63,762 nucleotides of DNA, filler included, from Hyphochytrium catenoides (GCA_900088475.1; 6 parts of 6 records of this genome joined end to end with filler, not necessarily neighbours in it), one strand, 5' to 3'. Numbered from the whole stretch's first letter, positions 38,004 through 50,509 are shown. Numbers and translations are program-made. Notes: generated by a model from the sequence alone, not told the origin.

Positions 38004-40978
38004 ATGCTGCTAAGCAAAGCTAGGGCACCCGCCCAACAGGCTAGGCAACACCTTTCAAGGCGCCTTCCGTCTAGTGTGACACTAAGGGAATCATGTCGAA
38101 GGTCTACGCTAATTAATTCAGTAACGTACCAGGCTGTCCTTCCACACCATGGGCAGGTTAGAACACTAGGCTTCTGGTCAGAGTTCAAGGAGCGCTTCAA
38201 GCAGGAGGTTGACCAGAATCAAGACCTCAAAGAGCAGTTACAGCAGCTTCGGAAGTCAACGGCAACACCATTTAGTGCGGCATCAGAAGAGAAGGAACCT
38301 AAGGCAGATACTCGACAAGCCTCAGATAGTGAACAACCAGCGTCAGAGCCAAAAAAAGCATCTGAAGCTGAACCTGCTGCCGGAGAGGACGGAAAGGCGA
38401 AAGAGGGGAAGGAGGATGCAGCGGCTGGAGTGAACCTCAATGTTGAGGACGCCGCCAACACGGTTAGTTCGCGCTTTCCATACAATCGATGGCTACTGTC
38501 CCCTACATGTCTATCTCACAAGTTATCTGCATCCTTCGGACTACTTGTCTTTATTTTTATGCACACGCATAGGCAAAGAAGGCCTTTGAAGCGCTGGGAG
38601 TTAAGGCCAAGGAGACTGCGGGGAAAGTTTCTGAGACTTTAGGATCCACGGCGTCTCCGTACACGGACAAAGCGAAGGATATGTATGAGGATGTAACAAG
38701 CAAAGTAGAGGAGGAGGCAAAGGTTGGTCTCAAGTCTTTTGCATCTTTCGCAGGCTAATCGTCCTTTGTGGGCCTCTTTCCTCACTTGAGTACGCTTTGA
38801 TTCATTCGTCTCTGCTTTACATGGCAGCTTTCGATGGGGCTTGACAGACTTTTGAACAGGCCAACCCTTCACGCCATGACCTTATCCGGCGCAGTCTGTG
38901 TTGCAACCTAACTCTCTCTTTGCGCTCTGCATGATTTAGAAAGCGGAGGAAGAGAGCGCCACCTTTAGGGAGGCTTCAAAGCTCTACCGGAAGACAAGGG
39001 CGACAATAGAGAGTACAAAGGTTACGGAAACAGTCCGTAGCTGGTTCAGTGAGGCATGGAAAGAACTTATACATGGTACGGAGAAGGAGAGAAGGACAAA
39101 GGTCAGAGTCGGGAAGGCTGCCCCATCCACCTCACCTTCCGAGGATAAGACAGAGGAGGAAGAAGAAACAGAGAAGACCGAGGTACCAGAAGCAGAGCAC
39201 GGTGGAGCCCTTGTGGTGGTTAAGGGTGACGAGAGTGCCTGGGAAAGGGTGGCAAAGAGGTTGAAAGACACGCCAATCATTCAGGGAATCTTGGGGGCTG
39301 CCAAGCAGGTAAGCAGATCGACGTGACAGTCGTCTCCACTTGGCTGCTGACGAAGCTGCTCTTGCCTTTATCCACCTATCTATCTCCCACACACCTTCAG
39401 GCAGCATCTACCAAGGCAGGGCAGCAGATTGGGAAAGGCGCAAAGGCAACCAAGAACAAGATTGGCGACGTAGTAGAAGATGTGCGAGAGTATTGGGAGA
39501 CAAGTCAGAACCCGTAAGAAAGCCCTCCTCGTTGTATTTCGACTCTCCTTGTCTCTCTGCTCTTCATCCCTGGTGCTTCTTCTCTGCGCCTTGGTCCTCT
39601 TTCTAGACTTCACAGTGTCCCTTGCGCGTGCTGATTGTCCCTTCGCCTCTGGAATGCATCTATTCTAAGTTATTTTGTCTTTGTCTCTCCCTCCATGGCT
39701 GCAGGTGGGTTTATCGCGTATCTTCCATCTATGATGGTCTTTTTGGAGAGACAGAGATGGGATTAGCCATCAGGTAGGGACAATACTGCCATCTATACTC
39801 CGTACATACAGTTATAATGCGACTGGCATCATGTGGTGCTCGGTACATCTCTGCCCTAACCGTGAGCTCCTTTTGTCTGAGTTCCTCCCTCACTCCTGCT
39901 CCGCTTGCATTCTGACCTCTTTCATCCTGCTATAGAGAGATTCGGCGTGCGGACCCAGCGTTCGTTCTTGAAGAATGGAAGGAGGTATTGATATCGTTTG
40001 CATTATCTTGTTTTGTCTCTCTCTCACGCTGTGATTCCCGACACCGCCGTAGTTCAGTCAAACTCTCATCTCTGCTACTGCTTTGCTGTAGCTCTGTTTG
40101 CCTACTTTTTCCTTCACTAAGGGTGAATACTTCCTGCAACTCCCTTCCAACAATCGGCCTGTCTTAACAACTCTGTCTCTTCCATTTTCAGGACATCGCA
40201 GAGACCGTAATCCCGGATATTCTGTCAGCCTTTCTCTATGGGGAGACCTCCAAATTAAAGAAGTGGTGCGGGGAAGCTGCATACAATCAGATTGCGGCCG
40301 CTATTCGAGAGAGAAAGCAAGAAGGTACGCGAAATGGAAAGACAAGAACAGCAAAACGATAATGTATGAGGGCCGTCCCTGGAAGGGAGAATGAAGTTTT
40401 GACTTCTAAGGGAAGACATTTGAGAGGGAGACGGTAGATTACGATAGACGTCATGGCCAAACTTGGTGGCGTCATCCATCGGTCGCGGACTAAACTCGTC
40501 TTCATCCTGCACCAGGTCTTGTCGTTGACCCCCATATTCTAGCAATTAGGAACGTTGAGGTGCTGGCGGCAAAGGTGAGTTATGGGCTTGATGTTGATGG
40601 TACTACGCCCTGCTGTTTATCTAAGGGTCACTAAAGTGACAGCCTTTAGGTTAAACGCTGCTGTGCTCTTAGCTGTCTCAGACTGTGTCTTTTGTATCAC
40701 ATTGAACATTACATTGACGTCGGGACCGTTGCGCTTCCCTTCCCCGTCGTCTTTACTAGGCGGAGGAGAAGCAGTCCCCTATCATCGTGGTCCAGTTTAT
40801 GGCCCAGCAAATTCACTGCATCAAGAACCGAGACGGAGAAATTGTGGAGGGCGCCGAGGATGATATTCGTGCCTGCTACTATGCGTTAGCTTTCCAAAGA
40901 GACTATGATGAGGATCACGGGGTACTCGAGTGGAGAGTGGTAGAGTTTGCGATGATCGGGGCCGTGCCTTGGGTGTGA
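38004..40978 (+). CDS. TIM44: Mitochondrial import inner-membrane translocase subunit Tim44, multi-exon
   Basis: R/S-rich presequence; motifs FKQEVDQNQDLKEQL, EDVREYWETSQNP, LFGETEMG.AI.EIRRADPAF, LKKWCGEAAY, VQFMAQQIHCIKNRDGEIVEG and WRVVEF. Confidence 0.95.
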
Positions 40979-41390
40979 GAACACCCGTGCTTATTTAAAA
41001 ACCTAAAGAGGCAAGACGCAGGGAACAGCAACGGCGATTTGCCTAGAGAGTTAATCCATGTGGTTCTCCTTTCTCTTATTATGACGGTATCATCATTGCC
41101 ACCTTGCGTTCCCTACTCATTCGTTTTGGCTCCTGCTGCGGCTGTTGGAACCGGTTGCCTGGAAAGCAAACCCTCACCCAATCGTAGCCAGCAGCTCTTT
41201 CCTCGACGAGGAGCTACTTGTTATGTGGTGGGCCAAAGGACAAGGTCTGTTCAACCTCCATACCTCTATCTAGTGTAAGATGTAACCCCGCAGTCAAAGG
41301 CAGGACTCATAGATTATCTTCGACCGTGACGGGGTTTAATGGAAAGTTATGCTTATAATAAGGGCCGCAGGAACCCAACACTGACAAGTG

Positions 41391-42596
41391 TCAGCTCTCG
41401 AGTGTATTATCCTGCACATCTTCTTCGTCTAAGGCCAACCACTGAGAGGCCTGCGAAGACCGAGCAAAGAGCTCGTCCACCGAATGCTGTCGACTCTCTC
41501 TGTCCTTATCCTCCTCGCTCTGCTGTCTGAAGGGCTGATGGAAGGCTTCATAGATCCTTTTGACTTTCTTTTCCCCTAGCCCTGGACAGAGGGCAAGTTG
41601 CTCCACAGAAGCCCTCATAATGCTTTGGAGAGACCCAAAAGTATTGGCCAGAGTCATCACATCGGTCTTATTGACCGACCTGATTGTCGTGAGCACATTA
41701 GAGAGAAGAGGGATGAACTCTGTCTCTTCTTTCTCTTTGATAGATGTAGCACACTTGGTCTCGTACGCCTTATATGTCTCTAGGTATCTCGCTGCTTCCT
41801 GCTTAGACCAGGAGAGAATGAGAGTGCAGCGATGGACTAGAGCGAGCTTATTGATCTCTTTTAACGGCCTCTCATTGTCCTGAGTGTCCACGAGACAGAG
41901 TATCACCCTCAGCGTATAGTCATGCTTGAGCTCCGAGACCCGTCTGAGGAGGTAGCCAGAGTTCTGGATGTGGTACTTCAGGCTAATATACAAAGCACAG
42001 CCTGTGCGACTGAATACATAGTCGGGCACTATGGAGTTGTCAAACTCCCAGGGAACGTTCTTCACGTATCGAAGTACGTCATTACCGCGTTGTCTAGTGC
42101 TGACGCGGATCGCGTTTGTGGGAAAGTTCTGGGCAGCGGCGTTGCCCGCCGAAGGGGAAGAAGATGAGGAAGGAGTCTTGGGTACTTCTGTGGCGAGGAC
42201 GGAGAGATAATCAGAGCTCTCACCGTTCTGGTCTCTCCTGTCCCGAAGCTGGGCCTCGGACGCAGACCGCTTCCTGGTGTCAATACGCTGCGAGACCCCT
42301 GTGATGCTGCCCGACAGTGCCCTGCGAGGTGGAGGCACAGTTGGAGGTGTTTGCTGCTGCACGCTCCCGTTGCCTCCTGCTCCTTCTCGGCCGCAAGGCT
42401 CAGGTCTAGGCGGAAGGGGTCTCGGTATGGGCTGAGACAAAGATCTCTGTGGTTTCGCAGGTTGCTTTTCTTTTCTGACCTCGGTGCATGGCCGTACCAG
42501 CACGCTCTTACTGGGAGAGAATGGAAAGAGCTGACCATTTTGACTCGGCGTACCGGCCCCCACATCAGCGTGAGGCTGCTGAGAGGGGTCTTGCAT
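41391..42596 (-). CDS. ERCC1: DNA excision repair protein ERCC1/Rad10 with long disordered N-terminus
   Basis: Motifs VSTRQRGNDVL..VKNVPWEF, PDYV..CALYISLKYH, LILSWS..EAARYLETYK, LTTIRSVNKTDV.TL..FGSL and HhH CPGLGEKK. First in-frame ATG at 42596. Confidence 0.96.
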   Translation of the reverse strand: MQDPSQQPHADVGAGTPSQNGQLFPFSPSKSVLVRPCTEVRKEKQPAKPQRSLSQPIPRPLPPRPEPCGREGAGGNGSVQQQTPPTVPPPRRALSGSITGVSQRIDTRKRSASEAQLRDRRDQNGESSDYLSVLATEVPKTPSSSSSPSAGNAAAQNFPTNAIRVSTRQRGNDVLRYVKNVPWEFDNSIVPDYVFSRTGCALYISLKYHIQNSGYLLRRVSELKHDYTLRVILCLVDTQDNERPLKEINKLALVHRCTLILSWSKQEAARYLETYKAYETKCATSIKEKEETEFIPLLSNVLTTIRSVNKTDVMTLANTFGSLQSIMRASVEQLALCPGLGEKKVKRIYEAFHQPFRQQSEEDKDRESRQHSVDELFARSSQASQWLALDEEDVQDNTLES

Positions 42597-43143
42597 CTTT
42601 TGGACAATAGACGGATGGGCACGAAGCACCCTTACCTCTAAGGAGCGTCGTATTCCCTAGCTATGGCTTGATCAATGGTGGTCGATGTGGATGTTTACAG
42701 ATTAGTTAGCGGGTAGTAAAGCATGACGAGGATTGCAATTCGCGCCAATGGGCAGGCTAGCGGCTCAGTGGGTTCTCGAAGACTGGCGTCTGATGCTTGA
42801 AGCCAATCGGACTCTCGAGATGTAGGGCAAAGCGTTAGATCTCGATCGAGCTTCAGAGCACTAGCAGCTCCCCCAACTTGTGCTTCGAAGGAGACAGCCA
42901 CACTCGAGCTATATCCTGCCGATATCAGCAGCGTTCCGTCATCTGCTCTGACTACGTAGCTAGGCTCCTGACAGAGCTGTGACGTAGAGAAGCGTGTGCA
43001 GCATCTTACAGGAGAAAGGGACTCATTCATACAAGCTCAGCCAGCATCAAGAACTGATAGGCGCGCGCTCTGTCTGTCTCTGTTGAAGCGCGCCAACTAN
43101 NNNNNNNNNNNNNNNNNNNNNNNNNNNNNNNNNNNNNNNNNNN

Positions 43144-43155
43144 TTAATTAATTAA
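43144..43155. other. Artificial contig linker
   Basis: TTAATTAATTAA between N runs. Confidence 0.97.
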
Positions 43156-43585
43156 NNNNNNNNNNNNNNNNNNNNNNNNNNNNNNNNNNNNNNNNNNNNG
43201 GAATACAAGCCGTCAATGTATGGGCCAAGGGACCTCTCTCTTTCCCTCTCTCTTTCTTCGGACACACTCTCTCTTCTGTGTATTCTTTCCTCGTAAGCTC
43301 TTTATTTTTTCTCTCCAGCTTTGCCTCTTGCGTCTATACCTTGCTCTGTGTTCTCTCTCTCTCTCTCTCTGCCCCTCTCTCCGTTCCTGTCTCTCTCTCT
43401 CTCTCTCTCCTCCTCTCTCTCTCTTCCTCTTCCTCTATCTCTTTGCGTCTGTCTGGGTCTTGCTCTCTCTGACGCTCCTCACCATCTCCCTCTCTCTCTT
43501 CCTTTCTCTCTTTCTCTTGGATGGGCTAATTTAACCTTGAAAGCACCACGCGCAGCGTCTCCTTTCCATCGTGGAGCTCTCTGCA

Positions 43586-43827
43586 GTAAATAGCTGCTTT
43601 CCCTGCTTCCAAGGTAAGCGACCAAAACTAAAGAGAAGCAGGAGAGAGACAAGAAAAGAGAGAGACAAGAAAGGAGAGGGCGAGAGACACAAAAGAGAGA
43701 GAAAGAGAGAGAGAGAAATTAGAGGCTGACGTTCTTTCAAAAGAAAGAGAAATCAGAGTCAGCTGAAAATTAGGTATTTGAAAAAGGAATATTAAAGCTA
43801 TTCCAAAGTTATCAGGAGGAGGAAGAG

Positions 43828-43871
<44 letters not shown>

Positions 43872-44600
43872 AAGAAAGAGAGAGTGAGAACGATAAAAAC
43901 GGACTTTCTGGGATCCGCCCTTCAGTTATTCAATGAGTTATAGACCAGAATCTCGTTTTTTTCTAACACTCCATTCGTCCTCTCTCTCTCTCTCTCTCTC
44001 TCTTAATTCTCTCTATCAATTGATTTAACCCTTCTCCGTTTGCTCTACCAACCGCAATTTCTCTCTCTCTCTCTCTCTCCCTTTTTAAAGGTCGTAAGCC
44101 TCAGAAGGTGCTGGATGATCTCCGCCGCCGCTTGTTTGTAGGCTCCAGCCCTGAGGCTCTGAGAGCACAGGCTCTCTCTCTTGTCACGCAGAGCTACAAC
44201 TCCTTTGGAACGCGGCAGTAAGTTAACTCTGTCTCTCTTTCTCTCTCTCTTTCTCTCTAATTTTTCTCTATCTATAGTCTTCTATTCTCTCTCTTTCAGA
44301 CTCTTTCTCTTTCTACTCTCTCTCTCTAGGTTTTGACTCTTTAGTCTCTGATGCTTCTCCTGCTAACTCTCTTTGTCTATTTATCTGCGTCCCTGGTCCT
44401 ATTGTCTTCACTCCTGCCCTCTTTCTCTCACTCTCTCTCTCTTTTCCTCTCCCTCGCTTTCGTTTACCTCTCTCTCTTGTTTTCTCTCTCTCTCTCTCCC
44501 TCTATCTCTCTTTCACTGACGCTTTGTCTCTTCTCTCACGCTTTGACTGTGGCATAGGTACGATCGTTTTCAAAAGGCGACAAATGGAATATTGCCTTAG
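43586..44600 (+). CDS. 3' exons of an unidentified gene
   Basis: High-complexity islands bounded by AG/GTAAG within CT tracts: about 44091-44217 (RKPQKVLDDLRRRLFVGSSPEALRAQALSLVTQSYNSFGTRQ) and about 44558-44600 (YDRFQKATNGILP*). No family recognised. Confidence 0.4.
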
Positions 44601-44632
44601 AAGGCATTGAAGCTCTTTTCTCTTTTCTCTTT

Positions 44633-44664
<32 letters not shown>

Positions 44665-44934
44665 TCACTTTTAATAAATAACTTCTCTTTACTCTTTCAA
44701 CGTTTTTATTTTTTGGTAAGAAACTATTCCCCTCTCTCCCTTTCTCTTCCTCTCAACTTCCTGATAACCCATAGAGGGTGCTAGACAGAGAGAGAGAGAG
44801 AAAGAGGACAAGAGGAGAAACTAAGAGATCGATAAAAACCAACAAACTTAGTCCTGGGCAAAGAGCAAACATTTGATCACTACTCTCTCCTCTCTACCAC
44901 TCTCATCTCTTTCGCTCTCTCTCCTCTCACTCTA

Positions 44935-44979
<45 letters not shown>

Positions 44980-45339
44980 CTTCTCTCTCTCTCGCGCGCG
45001 CGTATCTCCTCTTCTGTGCATTAAATTATTCCTGTTCCTTTTTCTCTCTCTCTCTCTCTCCTGTTCATGTACAAGCGAATGGCCTACCCTTAATGAGGGA
45101 GGAGAAAGAGAAAGAGATAAAGAGACACGAATAGTGAACGAGAGAGAGAGAGAGAAAAGGAGGCTCTACTGTTCAAGGACAAGCAGGAACATAAAAGAGA
45201 GAGAAGCAGAAAAAAAGAGAGAGAGAGGGTCAACGGAAAGGAAATAGAGAGCCTCGGGAATACCCGCTGCTGCCCTTCTATCATTATGTTATGATCCGGG
45301 CCCTGATAATAAAGAGCGGCTTGACCTTCGTCTTCTTCT

Positions 45340-45385
<46 letters not shown>

Positions 45386-45473
45386 CCCGCTCTCTGTCTG
45401 TCTTTTAATTTTGGAGCCCTTGTATTCTTTCTTATCTCAAGGGCTAAAGAGAGGCAAAGGAGAGAGAGGGGAG

Positions 45474-45546
45474 ATGCCCTTGTAGTAGGGGAAAGAGAGA
45501 GATAATGCCCTTGTAGGGGAGGGAGAGAGAGAATATGCCCTTGTAG

Positions 45547-45550
<4 letters not shown>
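45474..45550. repeat. Three copies of ATGCCCTTGTAG separated by GA-rich spacers (~30-bp period)
   Basis: Directly visible. Confidence 0.8.
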
Positions 45551-45592
<42 letters not shown>

Positions 45593-45725
45593 ACTTTCTC
45601 CTGAAGGCACCACAAGAGAGGACCAACGAACAAGCAAGAAGAGATAAGTGATAGAGAGACAGAGAAACAGAGAGGGCATTAGAGGAGAAGAAGGAAGAAT
45701 CAGAACAGGAAAGAGAGAGAGAGAG

Positions 45726-45799
<74 letters not shown>

Positions 45800-45975
45800 C
45801 GACAGAGAGACAGGGAAAGCGCAGACGAAATCGAAAGGGCACAAGAGGAAAAGTGTTTGCAGGAGAAGGTGTCTCCTGGAGTAGATCTGGGACCGGCCTG
45901 TAAACTCTTTCTGTTCTCTCTCTTTCTCTCTCTCTTTTTCTCTCTCTCTCTCTCTCTCCTTTTTTCTCTCTTCTC

Positions 45976-46019
<44 letters not shown>

Positions 46020-46192
46020 CTCTTCTCTTTCTGGTGCTCCGCCTTGGCACCTCAAGTCTCTTCTTCAGTCTCTCCTGCTATTCCCGTTCCCTCTTCTCCT
46101 TGAGGCAGGAGAATCCCACGGGAGGAGGGAGAGAGAGAGGGAGAGAGAGAGAGAGAGGAGGAGGAGGAGGAGGAGGGAAAGAGAGAGAGAGG

Positions 46193-46238
<46 letters not shown>

Positions 46239-46250
46239 GANNNNNNNNNN

Positions 46251-46302
<52 letters not shown>

Positions 46303-46316
46303 AAGAGAGTCCAACG

Positions 46317-46406
46317 TTGAGAGGGAGGGAGGACGAGGACGATAGAGTGGAAAAAGGAGAGAGAGTGAGTGTGACACACAGGGAAAGAGAGAGAGAAAAA
46401 GAAAGT

Positions 46407-46438
<32 letters not shown>

Positions 46439-47884
46439 TATGATAGACAATAAAGAGGGAGATCTCCGTCAAGACACTGTCCGGAGTGTGGGACATGAAG
46501 CGATAAAGAAAGTGACGACCTCAGCCTTAGAACAAGCGAAATGCCGTCTCTCTCTCTCTCTTTTCTCTCTCTCTTCCCCTCCTCCTTCTCTCCCTGTACC
46601 CACTGAAGGAAAGGATGAAGAAGAGAAAGGAAGAGAGAGAGAGGAAGAGCCATCTGAGGTCTCTCTCTCCTCCAGCACTGAAGCTCCTCCAGCAGAAGAG
46701 AAGAAGAGAGAGAGAGAAGAGAAACTTTCTGCTGTCTCTCTTTCTCTCCCAGACCAGCAAGCTGGGTCTTTCCCTAGTGCAAGCGGAAAGAAAGAGAGAG
46801 AAGAGAGAGGGAAAAGAGAGAAGGGAAGCGAAGATGAGAGAGAGAATGAGAGAGAGAAAGACATCGTCTCTTCTCTTCCGGTGCCAGCGCTTCTTCCACC
46901 AGCAGATGGAGAGAGAAGAGACACAGAGGATGAAGGAAATAGAGAACGGAGAGAAGAGAGAGAGAGAGAGAGAGAAACAAGGGAAGAGAGAGAGAGAAAG
47001 AGAGACAGAGAAGAGAGAGAAACCCTCGAAAGAACTGTTCGCACTGTGGGGCATGAAGTGATAGCAAAAGCTACTGCCGCAGCCATGGAACAGGCGAATC
47101 GCTGCCTCTCTCTCTCTCCCTCGTCCTCAGTCTCTCTCGCTTCTTGTCCTCCCTCTCTTTCTAATCCTGAAGCAAAGAATGAAAAAGAGAGAGAAAGAGA
47201 GAGAGAGAAAGATCCATCTAGCGTCTTTCTTTCTCCCAAGACTGTGATTCCTCAGGCGGAAGAGAGAGCTCAAGAGAGAGAGAAGGAACCTTCTGCCGTC
47301 TCTCTCTCTCCCCCAGAACCTCCAACGGTGTCTCTCTCTCCTGCAAATGGAGAGAAAAACAGAGAGGAGAAAGAAGACGAGAGAGAGACACAAGACAGGA
47401 GGGATGGCGGAACTTTAAACGAGAGAGAGAGAGAGAGAGGAGCGCAAGATCCATCGGAGTCTCTTCTCTCTCCTGCTGTCGCGCTGGACTCGTCGGCAAG
47501 AGAGAGAGAGACAACTCCTGCTGCTGTCTCTCTCTCTCCCTCCCTCTCTCCTCTCTTTCCCTCCAAAGGAGAGAGAGGAGAAATAGACAAAGAGGAAAAG
47601 AGAATTGAAGAGAAAGAGAGAGATACATCGTCTCTCTCCGTATTAAATCAGAGAAATTTTAAAGAGGAAGAGGGACAAAGAGAGAGAGGAGAGACAGACT
47701 CTCTCATCTTCTCCCCTGCCCCGGAGGCATTAAGGCAGGGAGAGAGAGAAAAGGAAGAGAGGAGGAAGGGTGAAAGAAAGGAACAGGGCCTCTCTCTCTT
47801 CTCTTCCGTTCAATCTCCTCTCTCTCCCTCTGATCAAGAGAAGAGAGATGGTATGAGGCCAGAGAAAGAGAAAGAACAGGGTAG

Positions 47885-47917
<33 letters not shown>

Positions 47918-49246
47918 ACAAGAGAGAAACCTTCAGGGCAGAGTGAGCCTAGAGGACCAAAAGGACAAAAGAAAAGGTTCAGAGCTCTCCGGGAGAGAAG
48001 AAGAGAGAGATGTCTCTCTCTCTCTCTCTTCTGCTTCTCCGCCTTCTCTCTCTAACTCTCTATCTTCTCCAATTACCAAGGAAAAGAGAGAGACCCAAAG
48101 AGAGAGACTCACGGGAGGCGATAGCCCCTCTTCTCTCTCTCCTTCTCATCTGAAAAGAGAAAGAGAAGAAAAGAGGGAGAGGATGAGACAGCAAGGGGTA
48201 GAACTGAAGGAGAGAAAGAAGAGAGAGAAAAGAGAGAGAGAGAAGGAACAAAGAGAAGAGAGAAAGAGAAGAGAGATTCGCCGCCGTCTTCTTCGACATG
48301 TCAAAGAACCAGACGGAAGCTTTAAACTCCTGGAGTTGGAAGAGGAAGAAAACCAAAAAGAGAATATGTGTCTCTCTCTCTCTTCTTGTCTCTCTCTTGG
48401 TCTCTCTCTCTCTCCTCACGTCCTGGAGGAACACGAGAGAAGGAAAAGGGAGAGAGAGATGTCCGTCCAAAAGGAGAGAGACATGGCAAAGAGAGTGGAA
48501 GAGATAAGGAAGAGAAAATTCCTGGACGAAGAGCGGACAATGGTGAGGAGACGAGGAAGAGAGAGAGAAAGAAAAACAAAGACAAAGGTACACACTTCTC
48601 TCTCTCTCTCTCTCTCTCTTGCTCTCTCTTTCTGTCTGTCTACATCGGGTTCTTCTTTACTGTCCAACCCTCAGTCCTCTATCTCTTCGCTGTCTGANNN
48701 NNNNNNNNNNNNNNNNNNNNNNNNNNNNNNNNNNNNNNNNNNNNNNNNNNNNNNNNNNNNNNNNNNNNNNNNNNNNNNNNNNNNNNNNNNNNNNNNNNNN
48801 NNNNNNNNNNNNNNNNNNCGCATTCCGAGCCCCCAGCGTCAGATTTTAGGACCAGCCTCATATATTACAGGAGAGAGAAAGAGAGAAGACAAGAGAGAGA
48901 GACAGGAGAGAGAGACAATAAAACTAGAAGAGACTGACAGGAGAGAGCAGAGAGAGCCAACCAGAACGAAAGAGAGAGAGGGAGAGAGGCGCCAGAAAGA
49001 GGAAGAAGGAAAAGAGGAGAGAGAGGGAAAGAGGAAGAAGGAAAGGAAGAAAGCGCGAGAGGGAAATAGGCGTCAGAAAGACGAAGAAGAAGCGAAGGGA
49101 GAGAGAGAGGAAAAGAGAGAGAAGGAAGGGAAGAAAGAAGAGAAAGGCGATCCCGTGGTAAGTGAGACTGTCATTCTCTCTCTCCGTGTGCGCGCTGATA
49201 CTTGGTTTTGTCCTCTTCTCTCCCTAACTGTCATTCTCTTTCTCTC

Positions 49247-49277
<31 letters not shown>

Positions 49278-50143
49278 TTGTGTTTGTGTATGTCTCTCTT
49301 ATTCTATCGTGTCTTCTCTCTTTCTGCCTCAGCCTGCCTCTCTCCTCCGTGTCTCTCTCTCTCTTTGGCACACACTGGTGTACCGTCCCTGTAATATCTC
49401 AGACTTATGTAGCCGTCCCACTCGACTTTTCTTTCTTTCTCTCTCTCTCTCTCTCACTCTCTCTCTTTTTCCCTCTTTCTCTCCCTGCTCTCTCTCCCTT
49501 CTCTCTCTCTCTCTCTCTTCCCCGTGTCTCTCTTTTAAAGATTGTCTTTGACGTCGGCGGGCTGCTCCATCGCTGCCTCCGCTCTCGGATATTGCAATAT
49601 CCGGGTCGCCCTCTCGCTAATATTATCCATGGGAAAAAGTCCACCTGCAGGTTACTCTCTCTCTCTCTCTCTCTCGCTCTTTTCTCTCTCTTCCTCTCTC
49701 CCCAGCTGCGCGGCTCATATCACCATTCTCTTCCCCTTCTTCTGCTGCGCTCTCTCTCTGTCTCTTTCTCCTCTTGCATCTCTGGCTTGCTCGCTTATCG
49801 CACTTCTCTCTGTTGTTGAGCCTCTCTCTCTCATGCTCTCTTCCATTGTTGCCCAGACTCTTTCCTCTCTTATTCTCTTTATCGCTCTCTCCCTCTCTTT
49901 CTCATATATATGTATATACTTCGTTAACATCGTCTCTCCCTCTTTTTCTTTTTCTTTCTCTCTCTCTCTTTCTCTCTCTCCAATGGTATCCCCGTCTTCA
50001 TTCTCTCCTCTCTCTCTCTCATCTAGGTTTGCCGTGCGTCTTTGTCTCTCTTTCTTTTGGTGAAATCTCTTCTCTTCTTCTCCGTCTCTTGCTCCTACCT
50101 CCTCTCTCTCTCTCCACCCTCTCGTGTTCTCCTATTCCTCTCT

Positions 50144-50175
<32 letters not shown>

Positions 50176-50509
50176 TATAGTTCTTCTCTCTCTCTCTCTC
50201 TCTCTTTTTTTTTCTCTCTCCCGTCATGTGTCTCTCTCTCTTTCTTCTAGGTATTTTGCTCTGGATTCGGCGCTAACTTCGGATTCTGAAGCCTTTGAGA
50301 TTATTCTCGGCTGGTATCGGACCGGAAGCGTGGATCTCAAGAGAGAGAGAGAGGGAGAGAGAGAAACACAGAAAGAGAGAGACAGACTCACGGAGAGAGA
50401 GAGAGAGGGAGAAGAGAGAGAAATGAAGAATGGAGAGAGAGAGTTAATGAAGAGAGTGCATGGCCTCGCGAAGAAGCTTCAGGTATATGAGGTCATGTTT
50501 CCCTTATAA
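46317..50509 (+). CDS. Low-complexity E/R/K/S/L-rich protein with C-terminal KCTD-type BTB/POZ (T1) domain
   Basis: Donor GTG|GTAAGT at about 49158 leads to exon 49541-49650 (IVFDVGGLLHRCLRSRILQYPGRPLA), then exon 50251-50509 (YFALD...DSEAFEIILGWYRTGSV...LAKKLQV). This matches the T1-BTB pattern VGG..T/S.L..YP...F.IL.yRtG. The start is uncertain and the model spans an N gap. Confidence 0.7.

Noticed and set aside
17509-42596. Possible non-standard genetic code
   Set aside because: Conserved genes end in TAA, TAG and TGA at the expected positions, and I found no in-frame stops in the conserved exons I translated.
42597-42635. Possible 39-nt intron just before the ERCC1 ATG, and the GTG start at 42629
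   Set aside because: The intron is shorter than those in the intact genes (about 59 nt or more) and no upstream coding exon is supported. It cannot be resolved without RNA data.
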